IMG/VR virus record: IMGVR_UViG_3300022862_000263
Reading direction: 5' to 3' (one strand)
Source: a virus
Taxonomy: Duplodnaviria; Heunggongvirae; Uroviricota; Caudoviricetes
DNA: 64,000 nt
Positions 43,034 through 52,127 of the stretch are shown here, one piece after another. Made by a program: the position numbers and the translations under genes. Under the pieces are notes generated by a model that saw only the letters and a list, made by a program, of their open reading frames with translations, was not told where the DNA came from and made no database searches. How positions within the stretch are numbered: position 1 is the stretch's first letter; every line of letters begins with the position of its first letter.

Positions 43034-44920
43034 TTAAACTCCTGTGGTGTGACCAGGGATCACGGGGAAGCTGAGTGCATCCCGGATGGTGATCCGCTCG
43101 ATAGTTTCAGTTTTCAGGAAGAAGCGTTCCTTGGATTGCCCTTCTTCGGTGGCCGTCATGGCCAGATCCAGCCGTTCGACCAAGATCGAAGGGCTGTCCT
43201 TGTATGTGTTGCGTTCGCCACGTGCGCTGCTTGTCGAAGAAGCTCCAAGCACTGGTGCAACAGCAAGACGCCATGCCTCGCCTTCTTCGGCAAGCTCGCC
43301 GGTGAGGCCGAAGGCGCGCTCATGATTTGGAGTCAATGGCAAGTCAGGTCGTGAGGCGATGGCTTTGTATTCGTGATAAGCGCGGCCAAGGTTACAGATG
43401 TGCCCGGTGTCAACGCTGAGGTCTTTGTCAAAGAAGGCCGTAGACGGGTAGTTGGCGAGCTGCAGGACGCGCACGTAGCTTTTGAGCACCTCGACAACCT
43501 GCTCGCGGATGTATTCCGCAGCGCGTGGGTCGTTGCTGGTTACCGCGTCAGCCTGCTCATAGAGTGCTGTGATGATGCGTTCTACATCAGTCCATGTCAC
43601 ATTTTGCCCAGTGGACTTCGCCTGGATAAGCAGGTTCAGCAGGTACCGCTCGCCGTCGATGTAGCCTGACCCTGGGCGCTCATCGGTTTTAGGATAGAAG
43701 TACTTGGCAGTGATCCCGTCAGTCCGGCGCTCCGCATCAACGGCAAAATACTCGCCGTCTTCGTTCTGCAACCGGTGAAGCAGGGCATCGCGACATTGCA
43801 GTGATGGAGGCAGCGCGTTAGCCAAAGACAGGTCGGCGATCAGCGCCAGCATGTCATCCTGAATAACCTGCTCATGGCCGTAGATCAACCAGCAAGGATC
43901 ACCTGGTTGCGAGAGCTCGGTACCGTGGCTTTTCGCATCAGTAATGGTGGCGAACTCGAGGGTATGATGGGACGCTTTCTGCACTACCAGATAGGGGCCT
44001 GCGCGAAGCACACGATGCCCCTGAATTTCAGATACTTCGACTTCGGTTCGTACCACCAGCGGACGGAAACGCAATTCCACGCACGCGCCCTTGCGACCCT
44101 TACGCTCGGAGAGGAACGTACTGCGGTAGGTGTCGAGCATAACCGCGATGTCTTTCTCGAAGTTGTCACGGGACGCCGCTCCCACACGCTCGGCAGCCTG
44201 TGTCCAACCGTAGGTGTACGGAGAGAAAGACAAGCGCAGACCGGCAATTCCTGACATGAGGCTGCCACTGATTCGTTCGTGCATCGCCTGGATACCGGGA
44301 TTGAGCCGACTGTAGCCTACCGTTGCGATACGTACCTGTACGCCCAGATCTTCATGGAGCCACTGCACCAGATCGTCCAAGTGCGGGTAGGCGGCGGGAT
44401 CGTTGTCCAGGTAGCAGTAGATAACGCCAGGGCGATCATTGCGCTTGTTTCCGATCAGCCCGTGTTTCGGCATGACGAATCCCTGCTTGAACAAGCCGGA
44501 GCCGTCGAGTGGTTCTGCGCAAACATCGCCCTCTTCACGAGCCCAGGCGAGGGCTACCGTTTTCATCGCCGCCACCAGGTTGGCAAGATCACGGCGACTC
44601 ATGTTCCACAGCGTCGTGCCGGCGCTTTGACTGCAAAAGCTGCAACGATTGAGACAACCAACCTGCGTCTGGAAATGTCGCATCTTCTGTAGCGATTCAC
44701 GTGGCAGCGCCAGCAGCTGATCCACAAGCTCCTGTCGACGACGCTGGTCTTCATCCAGCACGTTTAGCCAGGTACCTTCGCTTTGCAGAGTAGCCAGGGG
44801 AGGTACAATGCCATCCAGACCGGTTTCCAAAGGGTCGAAAGGCCTACAAACGGCGGATTCGGTGGTAACACAAACATCGCCCATGGCTTCTAAATTCCGT
44901 TGAAGAGGTTGAATGCTCAT
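43034..44920 (-). CDS. radical SAM enzyme with ~280-aa C-terminal extension
   Basis: 628 aa. CLNRCSFC (C89-x3-C93-x2-C96) is the canonical 4Fe-4S/SAM motif. First gene of a tightly spaced six-gene operon. Start may be ATG 44920 or ATG 44884. Confidence 0.75.
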   Translation of the reverse strand: MSIQPLQRNLEAMGDVCVTTESAVCRPFDPLETGLDGIVPPLATLQSEGTWLNVLDEDQRRRQELVDQLLALPRESLQKMRHFQTQVGCLNRCSFCSQSAGTTLWNMSRRDLANLVAAMKTVALAWAREEGDVCAEPLDGSGLFKQGFVMPKHGLIGNKRNDRPGVIYCYLDNDPAAYPHLDDLVQWLHEDLGVQVRIATVGYSRLNPGIQAMHERISGSLMSGIAGLRLSFSPYTYGWTQAAERVGAASRDNFEKDIAVMLDTYRSTFLSERKGRKGACVELRFRPLVVRTEVEVSEIQGHRVLRAGPYLVVQKASHHTLEFATITDAKSHGTELSQPGDPCWLIYGHEQVIQDDMLALIADLSLANALPPSLQCRDALLHRLQNEDGEYFAVDAERRTDGITAKYFYPKTDERPGSGYIDGERYLLNLLIQAKSTGQNVTWTDVERIITALYEQADAVTSNDPRAAEYIREQVVEVLKSYVRVLQLANYPSTAFFDKDLSVDTGHICNLGRAYHEYKAIASRPDLPLTPNHERAFGLTGELAEEGEAWRLAVAPVLGASSTSSARGERNTYKDSPSILVERLDLAMTATEEGQSKERFFLKTETIERITIRDALSFPVIPGHTTGV

Positions 44921-44938
44921 AATGACTATTAGTATCCT

Positions 44939-45829
44939 ATGGCCATGAGTGAAGCCATGTCAAACAACCCTCTCGAAATTTTTGACTCCATTCGCAACGG
45001 CGCCGTGGTGCGCCGGCGCCTGCAATGGATCGAGGATCGCCTGTGGTGGGTTGGTGAGCTAAACCGCTCTGACCTCGTGCTGAGATTCGGAATCTCTCCA
45101 CCTCAAGCGACGAACGATTTTTCGCTCTATCAGAAGCTGGCACCGGACAACCTCAGGTATGACCCGAGGAAAAAGCTGTACGTGGCTGGTGAAGGGTTCG
45201 TGCCTCTTTTCCCTAAGGATCACGAGCTTTGGCTGAAGGACAATGCCACAGAGGACTCAAGCCTCAAGAGCGTCGACATGGTGGGTGTATCCTCGCTCAA
45301 GCGTGGGATCGATCCGGCATTGGTACGAAGCATCTCCATGGCTGCGAGGCACCGCATCCCACTTCGGATCGTGTATCAGTCAATGAAGGCGTCAAATCCA
45401 GAAGATCGTGTGATCAGTCCGCATGCCATCGTTGAGACTGAAGTGCGTTGGCATGTCCGGGCCTGGGATGAAAAGCGTCAGGCCTTTTTAGATTTGGTAC
45501 CCTCGCGGATTATCAAGGTCACTCCAGAGCCGGCTGCGACCTGGGTACCGCAGGAGCTCGATGAAGAGTGGAACCGAATGGTCGAGATCATCCTCGTCCC
45601 TTCAGCAAAGCTTTCTGAGAGCCAACGTCGCATTGCGGAAGGCGACTACCACATGATTGATGGCAGAAGGGTGCTGCAGGTGCGTGCCTGTATGGCGTAC
45701 TACCAACTCTCAGCGATGTATCTGGTTGACGCAGTGCGTTACCACGAAGGGCAGCCTGAAGAGCGTAACTTTGGAATCGCGGTGGAAAACTGGAAAGCTT
45801 TGCAGCCGCTGGTAATGGAGATGAACTGA
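44939..45829 (+). CDS. wHTH-WYL-domain transcriptional regulator (BrxR/CapW-like)
   Basis: 296 aa. N-terminal wHTH (LNRSDLVLRFGISPPQATNDF). WYL-domain signature ISPHAIVETEVRWHVRAWDEKRQAFLDLVPSRI. Divergent from the radical SAM gene. Confidence 0.6.
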   Translation: MAMSEAMSNNPLEIFDSIRNGAVVRRRLQWIEDRLWWVGELNRSDLVLRFGISPPQATNDFSLYQKLAPDNLRYDPRKKLYVAGEGFVPLFPKDHELWLKDNATEDSSLKSVDMVGVSSLKRGIDPALVRSISMAARHRIPLRIVYQSMKASNPEDRVISPHAIVETEVRWHVRAWDEKRQAFLDLVPSRIIKVTPEPAATWVPQELDEEWNRMVEIILVPSAKLSESQRRIAEGDYHMIDGRRVLQVRACMAYYQLSAMYLVDAVRYHEGQPEERNFGIAVENWKALQPLVMEMN

Positions 45830-46833
45830 TGGCGTTGACTTGGTCGGACTTGGCGATGATTCAAGAGCGCATGACGGAGTCGGCGGAGATTCGGTCAGCA
45901 GCCATTTTAGGAGCAGCGCCAGCCTCGGTATGGATTGCCTCCGGACTCGCGAAGATCTCCGCAGCCTATGGTGCGTCCTTGATCGAGCAATCCGTTGGGG
46001 CTCCCAGCCACCTGATTTCTGCCATGGACTACTGCGGAAAGCCGCTCTTGCGATCCCTCCCGGTACTGATCTCCATGAAGGGTCGTCATCAGGATGCCAT
46101 AAGTGTGGCCAAATCCATCGTCCATCGAAACTCGCCGGCGTCCGTCTTGATCACGGGGGATACCGATGGGCCTGCCGCACAGGTTCTCAACACGGGTGTC
46201 CAGGCATCGTGTGTGGTCTCAGCAGGATATCCGGCTCGAGATAGCAGGTTCGTGAATTGCGGCTCGATATTCATGCTTTCTGCGTTGGCCTATCAGCTGA
46301 ATAGGCAGGCCTTTGGCGATGATGTGATTGGCACAGTCGATAAGGGTAGCTTGGCGCAAGCGTTCTCACGAGCAGCGGAGGGTGCACATGCAATTGCTCA
46401 GGGTATCTCCACTACAGAATGCTGGGAACAAAAACAGCTCATCATCCTTGGTCAGGGGCTTGGATCAGAGCTGACATTGCCATGGCAATCGATCTTCGCA
46501 GAGGCGGGGATTCTGACTGCAACGTGCCTGGATCTGAAGGACTACACACACGGCGATCACCTTGCTGCCGTACGTTCAAATAATGCTATCTACCTGGTGA
46601 TTCAACAGCCAGGCACTGAAGACATGGTTCAGATTTTTAAATCTAGATTTACCGCGAGATTCCCAGTATTGGTGGCGCCGCTGGAGTCATCAGGGCCGAC
46701 GAGGTTCTGGGAGAATTTGTTCTACAGCTGCAACGTCGCTCATGCGCTGACTGACCTGCTTGGTTACGGTGGCCAGCGCCCACCAAAGGATCCAACTGTC
46801 CATAGCTGGCGAGGGTGGGGTAGTTTGTGTTGA
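45829..46833 (+). CDS. hypothetical protein, possibly double-SIS-domain-like. Translationally coupled to the WYL gene
   Basis: 334 aa. ATG overlaps the WYL stop (ATGA). Gly/Ala-rich Rossmann-like segments weakly reminiscent of SIS/AgaS-like proteins. Confidence 0.35.
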   Translation: MALTWSDLAMIQERMTESAEIRSAAILGAAPASVWIASGLAKISAAYGASLIEQSVGAPSHLISAMDYCGKPLLRSLPVLISMKGRHQDAISVAKSIVHRNSPASVLITGDTDGPAAQVLNTGVQASCVVSAGYPARDSRFVNCGSIFMLSALAYQLNRQAFGDDVIGTVDKGSLAQAFSRAAEGAHAIAQGISTTECWEQKQLIILGQGLGSELTLPWQSIFAEAGILTATCLDLKDYTHGDHLAAVRSNNAIYLVIQQPGTEDMVQIFKSRFTARFPVLVAPLESSGPTRFWENLFYSCNVAHALTDLLGYGGQRPPKDPTVHSWRGWGSLC

Positions 46834-47231
46834 ACATTGCGCTACAGGAACGCTTTCATCGTGCTTTCCATGGGCTGCGCAATCTAGTTTAGCCTGCCGG
46901 GCGCTTGCCCGCCTGAAAGGTTCAAGCTTGAAAATTTAGGCTATCTTGGCCGGGCCTGCCTTCGCATGTTGAATGACCTCTGCAGGAGCCACGCCCTAGT
47001 AATCTGCCACATGCTCAGAAAATACCTACGTCACTAGCCCACGACGTCCATCCACAAGGTGCTGATTGCTGGTTTACCTAGCTCAGCAGCATTCTTTTGA
47101 GAAAGTCGACTTGAATGGCCATGGCCGTACGATGCTTGGTGTCATTGACGTTAATCAGGCGGGTAGGTCTTGGTGAATTTGCTAAAGGTTTTGTAACCCT
47201 CTTGCTTCATCCCGCTGCCAAGGCGGCTCCT

Positions 47232-47271
47232 GATTCACAGATTCACAGATTCACAGATTCGCAGATTCGCA
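47232..47271. repeat. 5 x 8-bp tandem repeat (gattcaca x3, gattcgca x2)
   Basis: Perfect head-to-tail octamer repeats in the intergenic region upstream of nfeD. Confidence 0.8.
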
Positions 47272-47359
47272 GCCCTAACACGGGAGGCGGCAAAGCGAAA
47301 TATCTGAGTAAGGTTGGCTAGACAAAGCCGCTCGTATGGCTCCTAACAATAGGCGTATA

Positions 47360-47387
47360 TTGACAGAGCCGTAGAGTCCTGTAGATT
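47360..47387 (+). promoter_or_regulatory. sigma70-like promoter TTGACA-16-TAGATT upstream of nfeD-flotillin
   Basis: TTGACA at 47360-47365, TAGATT at 47382-47387. About 160 nt upstream of the 47546 start. Confidence 0.35.
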
Positions 47388-47545
47388 TCCCAGGGTGTAG
47401 GGGGCCTGGTGAGTCGTCGCAGAAGGGACGTCAGCCCAGCTCCATAGCTGCTTCTGAGCGGGGGTTAGCCCTGCGCAGCACTATTGGCGACTGTGGACGG
47501 TCTTGCCAACGCAGGTCGCTTGCCAACAAATCAAAGGGGCCTCAT

Positions 47546-48091
47546 TTGGAAAATCCTGCATTCATTGTTGCCATGGTCTCAACCATTGGCTTTGGCTTGT
47601 ACACGCTCGTGGCCAGTGTGCTCGGCGACCATCACAGCGGTAATGGCAGTCATCATGGCGGGCATGGCAGCGCAGAAGGTTGGGCCATGCTTGAGTACAT
47701 CTCAGTTCAAGCCATTTTGCTCGCCATGATGAGCTACAGCTGGAGCTGGCTGTACTGGGCAACAGTCACTAATGGGGTGCTCTTGCAAAGCGTCGCAACG
47801 CTGCTATCGGGCTCCGCAATGGTGGCTCTCTATGTTGGCGGCATGCGCCTGATCAAGAAGCTAAATACCCCTGAATCACATCCAGAATTTGAACCTGCGG
47901 TCGGTATGCAGGGCGTCGTTTACTTGACGATTCCGCCTGCCGGCGAAGGCTTTGGTCAGGTCACTCTCCGCGACCCACAGTTGGGTGACTTCCAGGTCAA
48001 TGCAACCTCCCATGAGGAGGAAATCGAATCAGGCAGTCTTGTCGTCGTCTCCGAGACAGGTCAGCTGAGTGTAAAAGTCCGTCGAGTTTGA
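47546..48091 (+). CDS. NfeD-family membrane protein (short form)
   Basis: 181 aa. N-terminal transmembrane helices plus a C-terminal OB-fold-like region. Immediately upstream of the flotillin gene. Confidence 0.6.
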   Translation: MENPAFIVAMVSTIGFGLYTLVASVLGDHHSGNGSHHGGHGSAEGWAMLEYISVQAILLAMMSYSWSWLYWATVTNGVLLQSVATLLSGSAMVALYVGGMRLIKKLNTPESHPEFEPAVGMQGVVYLTIPPAGEGFGQVTLRDPQLGDFQVNATSHEEEIESGSLVVVSETGQLSVKVRRV

Positions 48092-48149
48092 TCCTTCCCG
48101 CCTGCCGGGAAGCTGGCAGGCATTACTCTGCTATGTAGGTGGAACGCGA

Positions 48150-49637
48150 ATGTTAGATAACGCTGCAACGATCATGTTCTGGCTCCTCCCGGTGATCATT
48201 GTGATCGCCCTGGTGATGACGTATCTGAAGAACTACATCATCTGCCCGAACGACAAAGTTATGGTGGTTTATGGTGCCGGTTCCAGCTCGGCGCAAGGCG
48301 CGAAGATCATTCATGGTGGTGGGCAGCTCGTAGTGCCTTGGTTGCAGCGTTCTGCCTTCCTGAGCCTGAAACCCATGTCGATCCCTGTCGACTTGAAGGG
48401 GGCTTTGAGCGCCAACAACATCCGCGTGAACGTGCCGAGCCAATTCACGATCTCCATTGCGTACAAAGACCAGGCGCTGATGCAGAACGCGGTGCGTTAC
48501 CTGCTTGAGCAGACTGAGGCGCAAATTAAAACAACCGCTGGGGAAATCATTTTCGGCTCACTTCGATCCGTTGTTGCGACGCTCACAATCGAGGAGCTGA
48601 CGCGGAATCGCGATAAGTTCATCAATGCGATCAATGTCAACATTGACGCAGAGCTTAAAAAAATCGGCTTGACGCTGATCAACAGCAACTTGATGGACAT
48701 CACCGACGAATCCGGCTTTATCACTGCTATGGGGCAAAAGTCTGCGTCGGAAGCTGTGAATAAAGCCAACATCGAGGTTGCCGAACAAGAGCGTCTTGGT
48801 GCTATCGGTGTAGAGGAGAACAACAGTAAACGCAACATTAGTGTGGCTGAGCAGGAAACATTATCCAAAGTTGGTGTCAGTGCCGCTGAGCGCGACCGTG
48901 AAGTTCGTATTGCTGCGCTCAAAGCAGAAACACAAAAAGGTACCAACGACTCTCAGGCTGACATCGCCGACTCCAACGCTGCCCTCGCGATTCGAGAAGC
49001 TGATGCTCATGAAAAAGGCGAGGTGGCCAAGGCAAAGGCAGCGACTACTATCGCCAATGAGCAGCGCCTGGCAGAGCAGGCAGAGTTGTCCAAGCAACAG
49101 TTGCCTGCAGCTAACGTTGCAAAAGAGCAAAAGGTGATCGAGGCCGAGGCGGAAGCTGAGAAATCTCGCATCATCGCCAAAGGTGAGGCGGACGCTATTC
49201 TTGCCAAGTTTACTGCTGAAGCTAACGGCCTGAGATTGAAGTTAGAAGCCCAGGCGGAAGGCTACAGAAAGATCGTTGAGTCGGTTGGCGGCGATACTAA
49301 CGCGGCAGCTAAGCTCATGATGATTGAGCAGGCGACTGACATCGTCAGGATTCAGAGTGAGGCCCTGTCAAATCTGGTTATCGATCATGTAACTGTGTGG
49401 GACTCCGGATCAGGTAACGATGGTCTGCAAGGCTTCATTCGAAACTTCGCGTCTTCGCTTCCACCGCTACATGAGATCTGTAAACAAGCCGGTATTGAGC
49501 TTCCAGCCGGATTTATGGGGTCGCAGTTGAAAGATCCTAAACATGCAATTACCAGGGAGCCAGCGCAGGCAGCTACAGAACCAGAGTCAGCTGCTGCGTC
49601 GGAAGCGATTGATGAACTGCCTTTAAGTAAAGGTTGA
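48150..49637 (+). CDS. SPFH/band-7 flotillin-like protein (YqiK/FloT-like)
   Basis: 495 aa. N-terminal TM, SPFH domain, long Ala/Glu/Lys-rich coiled-coil (EA-repeat-like). Confidence 0.8.
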   Translation: MLDNAATIMFWLLPVIIVIALVMTYLKNYIICPNDKVMVVYGAGSSSAQGAKIIHGGGQLVVPWLQRSAFLSLKPMSIPVDLKGALSANNIRVNVPSQFTISIAYKDQALMQNAVRYLLEQTEAQIKTTAGEIIFGSLRSVVATLTIEELTRNRDKFINAINVNIDAELKKIGLTLINSNLMDITDESGFITAMGQKSASEAVNKANIEVAEQERLGAIGVEENNSKRNISVAEQETLSKVGVSAAERDREVRIAALKAETQKGTNDSQADIADSNAALAIREADAHEKGEVAKAKAATTIANEQRLAEQAELSKQQLPAANVAKEQKVIEAEAEAEKSRIIAKGEADAILAKFTAEANGLRLKLEAQAEGYRKIVESVGGDTNAAAKLMMIEQATDIVRIQSEALSNLVIDHVTVWDSGSGNDGLQGFIRNFASSLPPLHEICKQAGIELPAGFMGSQLKDPKHAITREPAQAATEPESAAASEAIDELPLSKG

Positions 49638-49655
49638 TTTCACTTACTTTGTATT

Positions 49656-49678
49656 AGCCGGCGAAAGCCGGCTTTTTA
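49656..49678 (+). terminator. rho-independent terminator after the flotillin gene
   Basis: agccggc-gaaa-gccggct followed by TTTTTAT. Confidence 0.7.
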
Positions 49679-49681
49679 TGT

Positions 49682-50395
49682 TTGCATGGTGATAAAATGA
49701 TTGAAAAGATTAAGATAACAGACTCACTGGACTTCTTTATGCGCAAATGGGTTGTTCATGAAATGTACTGCAACTTAAGTAATGCTTGGTCTTTTACTAT
49801 AAATAATGACGTAAAAAGCAGGATGACAAGGCAGATCTCGATTCAGATCGTTAAAATATATCGAGATCTTGAAAGTTTGATAAGTTCAGTAAATGATCTT
49901 CAAAAGTCGATAGAGCTTATTGGTGGTGATGCAGTAGAGGGTGTGATTAATGTTGAGCGGCATTATGATGTTTGTATAATTAGGTTTCGCAGGTATGATG
50001 AAATTATAAACTCATGCAAGCGTGAGCTTGTCGGGCCGAGTGATGCCCTATTGATCTTCCCTGAATTAAAATCAATGATAAGTAGGCTTACCTCTCAAGG
50101 TTCTAAATTATCTAGGATGTATGGGTTAAAGAGAAATATTATAATGCACGAGAGAAGTCATTCAATCCAGCTTGGAAGCGTCGCTATGATTCTTGACCTG
50201 ATTGATGAGTCAAGATCATCCGAGGTCTCGATGCATTTTGGGTTTGATAGCAAGCAGGATCTTATTCGTCAGGTAGTGAATAAGGCTATATCTGAATACA
50301 ATTTAATTCGAGAGCATGTTAACATAATTGTCGGCGAATTTAATTCGCTGTGTGATCATATGATGTTTGAGATCAACCATATTGAAGGTGGTTGA
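49682..50395 (+). CDS. hypothetical protein in low-GC segment
   Basis: 237 aa, AT-rich codon usage unlike the neighbours. Confidence 0.4.
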   Translation: MHGDKMIEKIKITDSLDFFMRKWVVHEMYCNLSNAWSFTINNDVKSRMTRQISIQIVKIYRDLESLISSVNDLQKSIELIGGDAVEGVINVERHYDVCIIRFRRYDEIINSCKRELVGPSDALLIFPELKSMISRLTSQGSKLSRMYGLKRNIIMHERSHSIQLGSVAMILDLIDESRSSEVSMHFGFDSKQDLIRQVVNKAISEYNLIREHVNIIVGEFNSLCDHMMFEINHIEGG

Positions 50396-50839
50396 TCTTA
50401 CGTTTATATTACTTTTGAATAATTTTGCGCCAGTAGGTAGCAGCATCAATCATCGATGGCTCGCATACTTGATAGACCTTCCTTGAATAGCTCTACCTCA
50501 AGGTAAGCAAGCGAAATAGTTCATCTGGCGAGGCATATACCGGCTACGTAAATCTTACGAGGTCTGACAAGGTATTCCTCACTCGGCAGAAAAAATACGA
50601 GAACGATGGCGAAGGAAATATTTGGGGGGATTTCCCAGGCGGGATCCACATCGCGCATCATCGTAATCCAAGAGAGCCTAAGGTCTTCTTCGATAGCGCA
50701 CCATCCCTAGGGGTAGAGGCCTCTAAACGCCAGGGAGTTGCGCTAAAAGGTCTTGATACTACTGTCCATAGCCTATAGCCTACGTGGCCATCCATCATGA
50801 TGGCCATCAGCCGCTAGATAAGATAAAGGCGAACCGCCC

Positions 50840-51538
50840 ATGGACGAGCAATCCGCTGCGCCGAAGAGACCCTTCAAGCCAAAACCCTACGATTCGCTGC
50901 TTGGCACCATGTCTGACCAAGATCTTGCGAATGCCACCGGTGTATGCAACCGAACCATTGGCGCTAGACGAAAACTCCTTGGGGTCGAGGCCTGGAGCGT
51001 GGAGGTTGCACTTACCCCGCATATGCACCTGCTAGGCATTCTTAGTGACAAAGAAATTTCAAATATCAGTGGGGTAGGAATTTCCAGCGTCACCAAGTAC
51101 AGGAAGGAAAACGACATCCATCCACATCCGTTGGCTGAATTCGTACCGCTGCTTGGGCATGTAACCGATGAGGACGTTGCCAGGGTTTCTGAAATGCCTT
51201 TGGCATTAGTGGAAAAGACTCGTTGCATACTTGGTATCGAGGAGCTGGTGGTTGAGCTCAGCGATCCGATCCATATCGACAATTACGAAGGCCCTCTTCT
51301 TGGCTTTGAATCGCTCCTCACGACACAAACTATCGTGGAGATTCACCGTGAAACTGGCATTCACTGCTCGATTATCGAGCGCCGACGTGACTTCTTGGAA
51401 CTGCCAGTATTTCAGCGCAAATCTAAGCTGGAACCTTACAAGCACCTTGTTGGCATTGTCCCAGTACCGCTGCTTGCAAAGCTCGTTGGTCTGTCAGGGT
51501 CAAGAGTGCGACAGTTGAGTAAGCCTACAGAAGATTGA
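50840..51538 (+). CDS. multi-HTH-repeat protein, paralog 1 (flanks the Abi gene)
   Basis: 232 aa. 3-4 tandem ~35-aa repeats of LLG.LSD.EI...GV....V..YRK (HTH-like). Paralogous to 53258..54073. Palindrome tggccatc-catcat-gatggcca lies just upstream (50793-50814). Confidence 0.45.
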   Translation: MDEQSAAPKRPFKPKPYDSLLGTMSDQDLANATGVCNRTIGARRKLLGVEAWSVEVALTPHMHLLGILSDKEISNISGVGISSVTKYRKENDIHPHPLAEFVPLLGHVTDEDVARVSEMPLALVEKTRCILGIEELVVELSDPIHIDNYEGPLLGFESLLTTQTIVEIHRETGIHCSIIERRRDFLELPVFQRKSKLEPYKHLVGIVPVPLLAKLVGLSGSRVRQLSKPTED

Positions 51539-52072
51539 GCCCTGGTCACTCGGCAATCAGAGCTGCTGCAGCTCGTCGCGCTTTCAGGAAATCGATCATC
51601 ATTCCCGGCGCTTGAACTTAGGTAGAAAACGCGTTTTGAGTTTCTCCGGTTGATTTGGGCAGGCTGACGATCTCGATTTCCTCCTAGAGATGCTCACGAC
51701 AAACTGGTGGTTCTAACAGATTGCCCCGAATCGCCACCCGCGAAGCGGCTACATGCTGAAAGGTGAAGCAGTCGCGCATCTGTTTCTGCAGCATCCCTAT
51801 CAGCGATACCCTATGGCCTGATTCAGGATGCGAATGCGCAGTGTCCATCTATCACCTCTTGACCTTGGCGAATTTACAGGTTGGAACTGCAGCTTGAAAG
51901 CGGGGATCGCCGCGTGAGGCGGCTTGGATGCGTGGGTAACGAGTCTTGTGTGTATTTCAGAAACGAAAACCCCGGCTCAAGGCCGGGGCGGGTGTTTCGT
52001 GGTCTTTGCAGGGAGTCGTAAGCTTTCGCTCATTGGAGCTCAGTGCCAACCGATTCTCAATCCTACGAGCGG

Positions 52073-52101
52073 TTGACACCGATGTCAACCCCCTTTATAC
52101 A
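52073..52101 (+). promoter_or_regulatory. sigma70-like promoter TTGACA-17-TATACA with overlapping palindrome gttgacACCGATgtcaac
   Basis: TTGACA at 52073-52078, TATACA at 52096-52101. Perfect 6-bp inverted repeat at 52072-52089 overlaps the -35. AGGAAG RBS, then ATG 52128. Confidence 0.5.
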
Positions 52102-52127
52102 GGCACCTTGCCAGTAGGAAGTCGAGC

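Noticed and set aside
45840-46244. 134-aa alternative-frame ORF inside the 334-aa gene
   Set aside because: Overlapping frame inside a longer ORF that is translationally coupled to the WYL gene. Arg/Gly-rich artefact of GC-rich sequence.
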